Below, one piece after another: positions 59,141-64,000 of a DNA stretch of 64,000 bases (its first letter is position 1; each line of letters begins with the position of its first letter). The notes below the pieces were generated by a model. It had not been told where the DNA came from, did not search any database, and saw only the letters and a list, made by a program, of their open reading frames with translations. Source of the stretch: Phyllosticta citribraziliensis (taxonomy: Eukaryota); contig NW_027117341.1 in NCBI RefSeq assembly GCF_038025025.1, forward strand, positions 1,364,001 to 1,428,000, written 5' to 3'. A program made the position numbers and the translations under genes.

Positions 59141-62100
59141 AGGCATGGTTCCAAAAGCATTGATGATTACGACAATATTTCCCGTATACACTAGAGCAAA
59201 GGGCGAGTAATGGTAACAGTGAAAGTCTTCATATGCTCTCTATGGTATTGGCGTTTGGGACGCGGGTTCGCCATTATAGACATTTGCTTCGTTCTCATGC
59301 GAGTCTGACTTGGCGGTAATGAGCATTTTGGCACCACGCACATGGCATTGTGTGTTTGGACTCTGAGGACCGCATTTTCCTTTTGCATCGGCATCAGCAC
59401 GCACAAAGATATCCTTCGAACTTGTCAATCTCGCGTTCGACTTTCTGCATAGCTTTCTTTCCTCGCACATTGCATGCATTTGGGATCGAGTTCCATGGCT
59501 TCTATTCTTTTCATAGCGATAATGAGAGACTGGATTTCCTCTTGCTCGCTACCACTTCATCTGGACTTCTTGTGCTGCCTCTCGCCCAGCTATCCGGACG
59601 ACGTTTCTTCCTAATCCGGACAAGATTCTGCGCTTACTTGATATGGCAGGTACGACTACGCAGGTGTTAGGTATTTGAGGAATTATCTTGGACTCACATC
59701 TATTGCTTCCAACTCTTCTACACAGACCTTCATCGGATGGCGTCTGTCGGGGCTGATTTTCCCGCACTATGGTTCGGTTAGAATCCTTCGTCCATTCCTT
59801 CGTCTCCGCAGCCAATGCATGCACCCCGCGCTTATAGAAAATTGACGTATGCTCCTTGTCAGCACTTGGTCGACCCGATGTATTCTGCATGATGCATTCG
59901 CCGTTGTACATACGCCTGTGAGCAGAACAGTATGCTAGTCGTACAGAACACACGAGATGTCATGGAGCATCGCTGATGCAGCTTTCCTAGACTCCACGGC
60001 GGCGTTCGTGACAACCAGGAATGCGACTAGTCTGGACCAGAGTACAAAGCTGGATACATGATGACCAACAGAGATCTTCAAGCCCACAGTTGGTATGGCA
60101 TATGAGCAGACAAGCAGTTGACATGATCCGCACTGGTTCTGACAGACGTCATCCACGTTCAAGACACCCCCTTTTTTCTCGTACCCCAGAAAACTAAAAT
60201 CAGGATTTCCAGCTCGTGCAACGCAAGAATTCGACCGAACCAAAACCTTAACAACCCGTCTCCACACGCACTACGTTTGAAGTTGTTTTTCGACCCAACC
60301 AGCGGGAGCACGACAGGCGCGGCGCCGTTAGGTCTGAGTTTGATTACTGCTTTTTGAAGTGACTAAGCGGGCTGCAAAGCCAGCTCTCCTAGCACTCTAT
60401 GACCTTATGTGCAACTTCAGCCAGTCCTTACAGCCACCAATACGAGACCATACCCACTACAGACTTTTCTTCTATCAGCGCCTCCTTTTCTCGCTGCCAA
60501 CCACAGGACCGAAAACTTTTTTCAGCCGCAATTTCGATCCGCAGGCGCCCACGGCCTGCCATCCCAGCAGCATCCCTTGATGGGGGAGAGGAACCTTGGC
60601 CTGGGAGCCTCCCAGCCAGAATCCCAGCCAGCCAGGCCTGTCGTCGCACCGACAACGACAGCCTCGGGACCCACGCCTAGGTCTGGATCCCAACACTGAC
60701 GCCACGCATAGCAGCCAGCCAGCGCACACGGCAACCAAGGAACCGCGGCGGGCGGGCGTGCGGACCGTCTGGCAAAATAAGCTTCCCTGGCCACGACGTT
60801 TGCAGAAGATTTGGTCGGCGCCCCCATTGTCGAATCACGGCGACGAGTTCGACAACTTCGCACGTAGAGCCCTGCATGAGGCTATTGAGGCGTACCGCTC
60901 TTGGGCTGCGCAGGTGGCCTCTGCTGGAGTGTGAGGAGCGGTCGTGGTCATTCCTCGCTCCTCTCTCCCTGTGCTGAACACCCGGCACACCCTTCGTCCC
61001 AAGCGTCCGCATCTCGTGCTGGCAAACCGCCCTTCCTTTCTGTCAAGGGGCGTTGGGGTTTTGGCCAACGGTCAGGGTTTGCTGCGTTTGATCTTGCGAG
61101 CGCGGCGAATGGGATGCGCTTTTGCTGTCCTGTGCTTCGGCAAGGTCATCAAGGGCCTCTTTTCCTGATCCTGGACCGAGTCGTCGACGCATGTCTCGGA
61201 GATTGATGTCGTCGACTGAATGTCTCGGTGCGGTTTTCTGTCCAACGGACAACGTGCCGCAAACCCATCGACGGCCACCCAAGGCGACTTTTCAGCAGTC
61301 GTGACGGACGACGAGGTTGGCCAAAAATGGGAAGACTTGGCGGCGGGCACACCTGAGCATTCGCATGTCGCATGTCCTTGGTGGACGACGATGACATTGA
61401 CGACTCCGATCAGCGCCCACACTCCACACCGAGATCCGCCAAAACCAGCTACAGCAGAAGGCAGAATAAGAGAAAAAGCCAAACCTTGAAAGCTTAGACT
61501 TCATCCTCATTCCGGCGACAAACAGCCAAGAAACATCAAGCGGCACCCAGCCACCGGGAAAACAAGACCTCATGCCTGAGGCCATAGCGGCACCAAGAAA
61601 TATCCTTGTTTCCGGCCGAATTCCAACCTCGTCTTCTGCTTCGTCGCACCCCTGGTCCGCCAGCGGCCAACTCCAAGACAAGATTCCACATTGCGACGTG
61701 CAAACTTGTCTCTGGCAGCCAATCAGGCGGCATCCCGCGCATCCACCACACGCTCGTTCCAGCAATTCGCCCGTGACGCTCACCGTTGGCGCGGGACAAA
61801 CGGATGAGGCACCTTGTTGTGTTCCTGGCTGGCCACGCGAGCTCCGCCATGATGGCTTGCGGCCGGCGAATCGTTTGGATGCTGGCGATGCGCAGGGAAG
61901 AGGCACGCGGAGCGGTTTGGCGTTGACAGAGGGGCTGTTCAAGGCGTGGATACTGCGATTGGAAGGTCGACCGGCTGGGCTGGGCTGGGCTAGGCTCTGG
62001 GCTCTGATGCCTCAGGTTTGTGCTTTCATCTCTCTTTACATTTCAGTGTCTCCATCTCCTCCTTTCCTGTCTATTGCATCTCTCTATTTTTGCAGTATTG

Positions 62101-63646
62101 GCCTTCTGCACACTTCAACGACACATCCTCACCCCTAGCGGCTCGGCTCGCTGGAGGACGCCATGTCGTCAGCTCAGCCGCGCCCACCCAGCTTCTTCCT
62201 TTCCTCCCTCGACGCATCCGGGAACAGGGTTCAGCCGTTCGACCTCGTCTGGGAGTAGCACCACGCATCATGCCTCTTGTGGCTCTGCGCAGCCCGACGA
62301 GAGCGCAACTTTGAACGTAGTCGGGCGAGCGGAGTCGGCCCCGATACAGCAGTCTTCCCTCTTAGTTGCTGCTGCCGCTGCATACATGCATGCGAGGAGC
62401 ATGATTGGGGACTGGCATTGTGTATGTGCTTGCCCAGCCCGCCGTCTTGTCTGCAGCGCAAGGTCGTCTGCACTCCTTTGGAAGCCTAGTCCGCGAGCCC
62501 AGTCAGCGAAAAAGAAAAGACAGCTTGATGCAGACTGAACAATGACTCCATCTCGACGCAGAGCCGGGACAGGACCAGAGGAAAAGAATCTCATGAGCTG
62601 GCATCTCCAACAGGCACATACCTACATACATATCTCCTTCTCACGATCTTCCTCATCCAAGCAAGCAACCAGTCGACCAGACCAGCAAACCATGCGCAGC
62701 TCCTCCTCCTCTAGTCCCTCCACACGCAACTAACCAACTTCAGGCTGGCCTGTCCATCTGCAGAGCCAGCCAGCCAGCACGCCTTAGGAGTAGCTCGCCC
62801 TCTGATCCGCCCACCTGGCAACATCGAACATGGTCGGGTGTGCGGGCCGAAGCACTACCGTCGACGACGCAGGCGCTAGACAGGCGCGCGCCATGCATGG
62901 TTGGTTCAAAGAGTAGTCCGAGAATGGATGAGGGGAGGGGACTGGGGAATGGTGCCAAGTTGGCTTTGGGTGCTGCGTCGCGCCGCTTGACGTCGGGCTG
63001 CCACTGTACTGTGCCCGAGTGGGGGGCTTGTCTGTGTTGGCTGGCTGGCAGAGGGAAGACGTGGACACTGTTTGTCAGCCGCTTCGCCGAAACCGTCTGC
63101 GCTCTTCATCTGCTGCAGGTGGACACGCTTGCTTGCTGGCTCGCGTTCACACTGCAAGTCCCTATTCATTCGGCACTCTCCTCGCTCCTCCTGTCCTCGA
63201 TCATCACCTCTCCACCCTCACACCCTATGCACAGCGCAGCGCAACACAACCAGCCTATCAACCACCCATCTCCCCCACACAGAACTCCCCCAGCCCAACA
63301 CGCCCCCCGACACACCACCGCCTCTCCCCTCCGCAACCAGCGGCAACACCAGCCGCAGAGCCAAAAGAGACCACGAGCCTACGCCGCAGCGGCCGCATGC
63401 GGCAGTCGGGCTTGCAGGCGGCATTTTTTTGCCTTTGGCGTAGATGTTTGAAGTTGTCGAGGCGCGGCGCGGTGGGCGGGGTGCGTGGCGGCGCGTGGCG
63501 TTGCGTGGCTGGCTGGCTGGCGAGCTGAGCAGCCTGAGCTGAATTACAAGAGAAAGAAAGAAAGGGAGCGGAGGACGACGAAAGATGTGGTTTGGTTACG
63601 ATGGCACTGTTGGTCCACGGTCCCACTCACCCACGACACCATCCCC

Positions 63647-63990
63647 ATGCCCACCACCTCACGCACTCCCTCCCTCTCTCCCTCCCTCCGACCGGTCTAC
63701 CCACCACGACCACCAAAAAGCGCGCCAAACAAAGACTACCCTCCCGCTTGGTCAATCCAGGCGTCTAGAGCGGTAGAGCGAGCGCTGAATGGCTGGTCGA
63801 CGCAACTTCGAACGCCGCGAGTGAATCAGGCAGCGAGGGCAAAGGCGCGACGGATGCGTGCGGGCGCGATGGGGGACGTGTGGCGTGGTACGCTAGTGTT
63901 TAAGTTGGACCGAGAAACGGAGGAGAGGGACTTCTGGCTTCTGGCGAAAGCCTTGGTGCTCGGTGTGGGTATCGAGGTAGTAGACACAAG
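63647..63990 (+). CDS. Possible first exon of a gene running off the window end
   Basis: ATG at 63647 opens a frame ending at an AG|GTAAGG donor-like site at 63991; no recognisable domain. Confidence 0.25.
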
Positions 63991-64000
63991 GTAAGGCTGA

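Noticed and set aside
60059..60142. Possible box C/D snoRNA (ATGATGA ... CTGA)
   Set aside because: No convincing terminal stem or clear rRNA-complementary guide; such motifs occur by chance
59200..63600. Short ORFs downstream of ROT1
   Set aside because: No domains or consistent splice structure; treated as intergenic

Overview
Gene-dense chromosomal DNA from a filamentous ascomycete. The short GT-AG introns with CTRAY branch sites and the gene set suggest a Pezizomycotina, possibly a Dothideomycete (inference). About 20 protein-coding genes can be modelled: an unknown disordered protein, the Msb2-type signalling mucin, SEC27, MTP18/MTFP1, ATP19, an AcpS-type PPTase, GH43, MCD4, CCDC124/Lso2-like, two F-box-like paralogues, MTG2/Obg, a Zn2Cys6 TF, a JlbA/IDI-4-like bZIP, MTR10, SmE, FAU1 and ROT1. 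The standout is an intronless 1272-aa ORF (34644-38462, minus strand). It fuses an Mre11/SbcD-type metallo-nuclease to a complete Rad50/SbcC-type ABC ATPase in one chain. Its motifs look more like phage T4 gp47/gp46 than fungal Mre11/Rad50, and it has no CXXC zinc hook. It lies in a ~13 kb block bracketed by two divergent, oppositely oriented F-box-like paralogues. Also notable are a bZIP ORF with ~265 codons and no in-frame AUG (candidate non-AUG start) and a GC-AG intron in SEC27. I found no rRNA, tRNA, CRISPR array or recognisable transposon. All family calls come from recognising motifs by eye; no searches were run.
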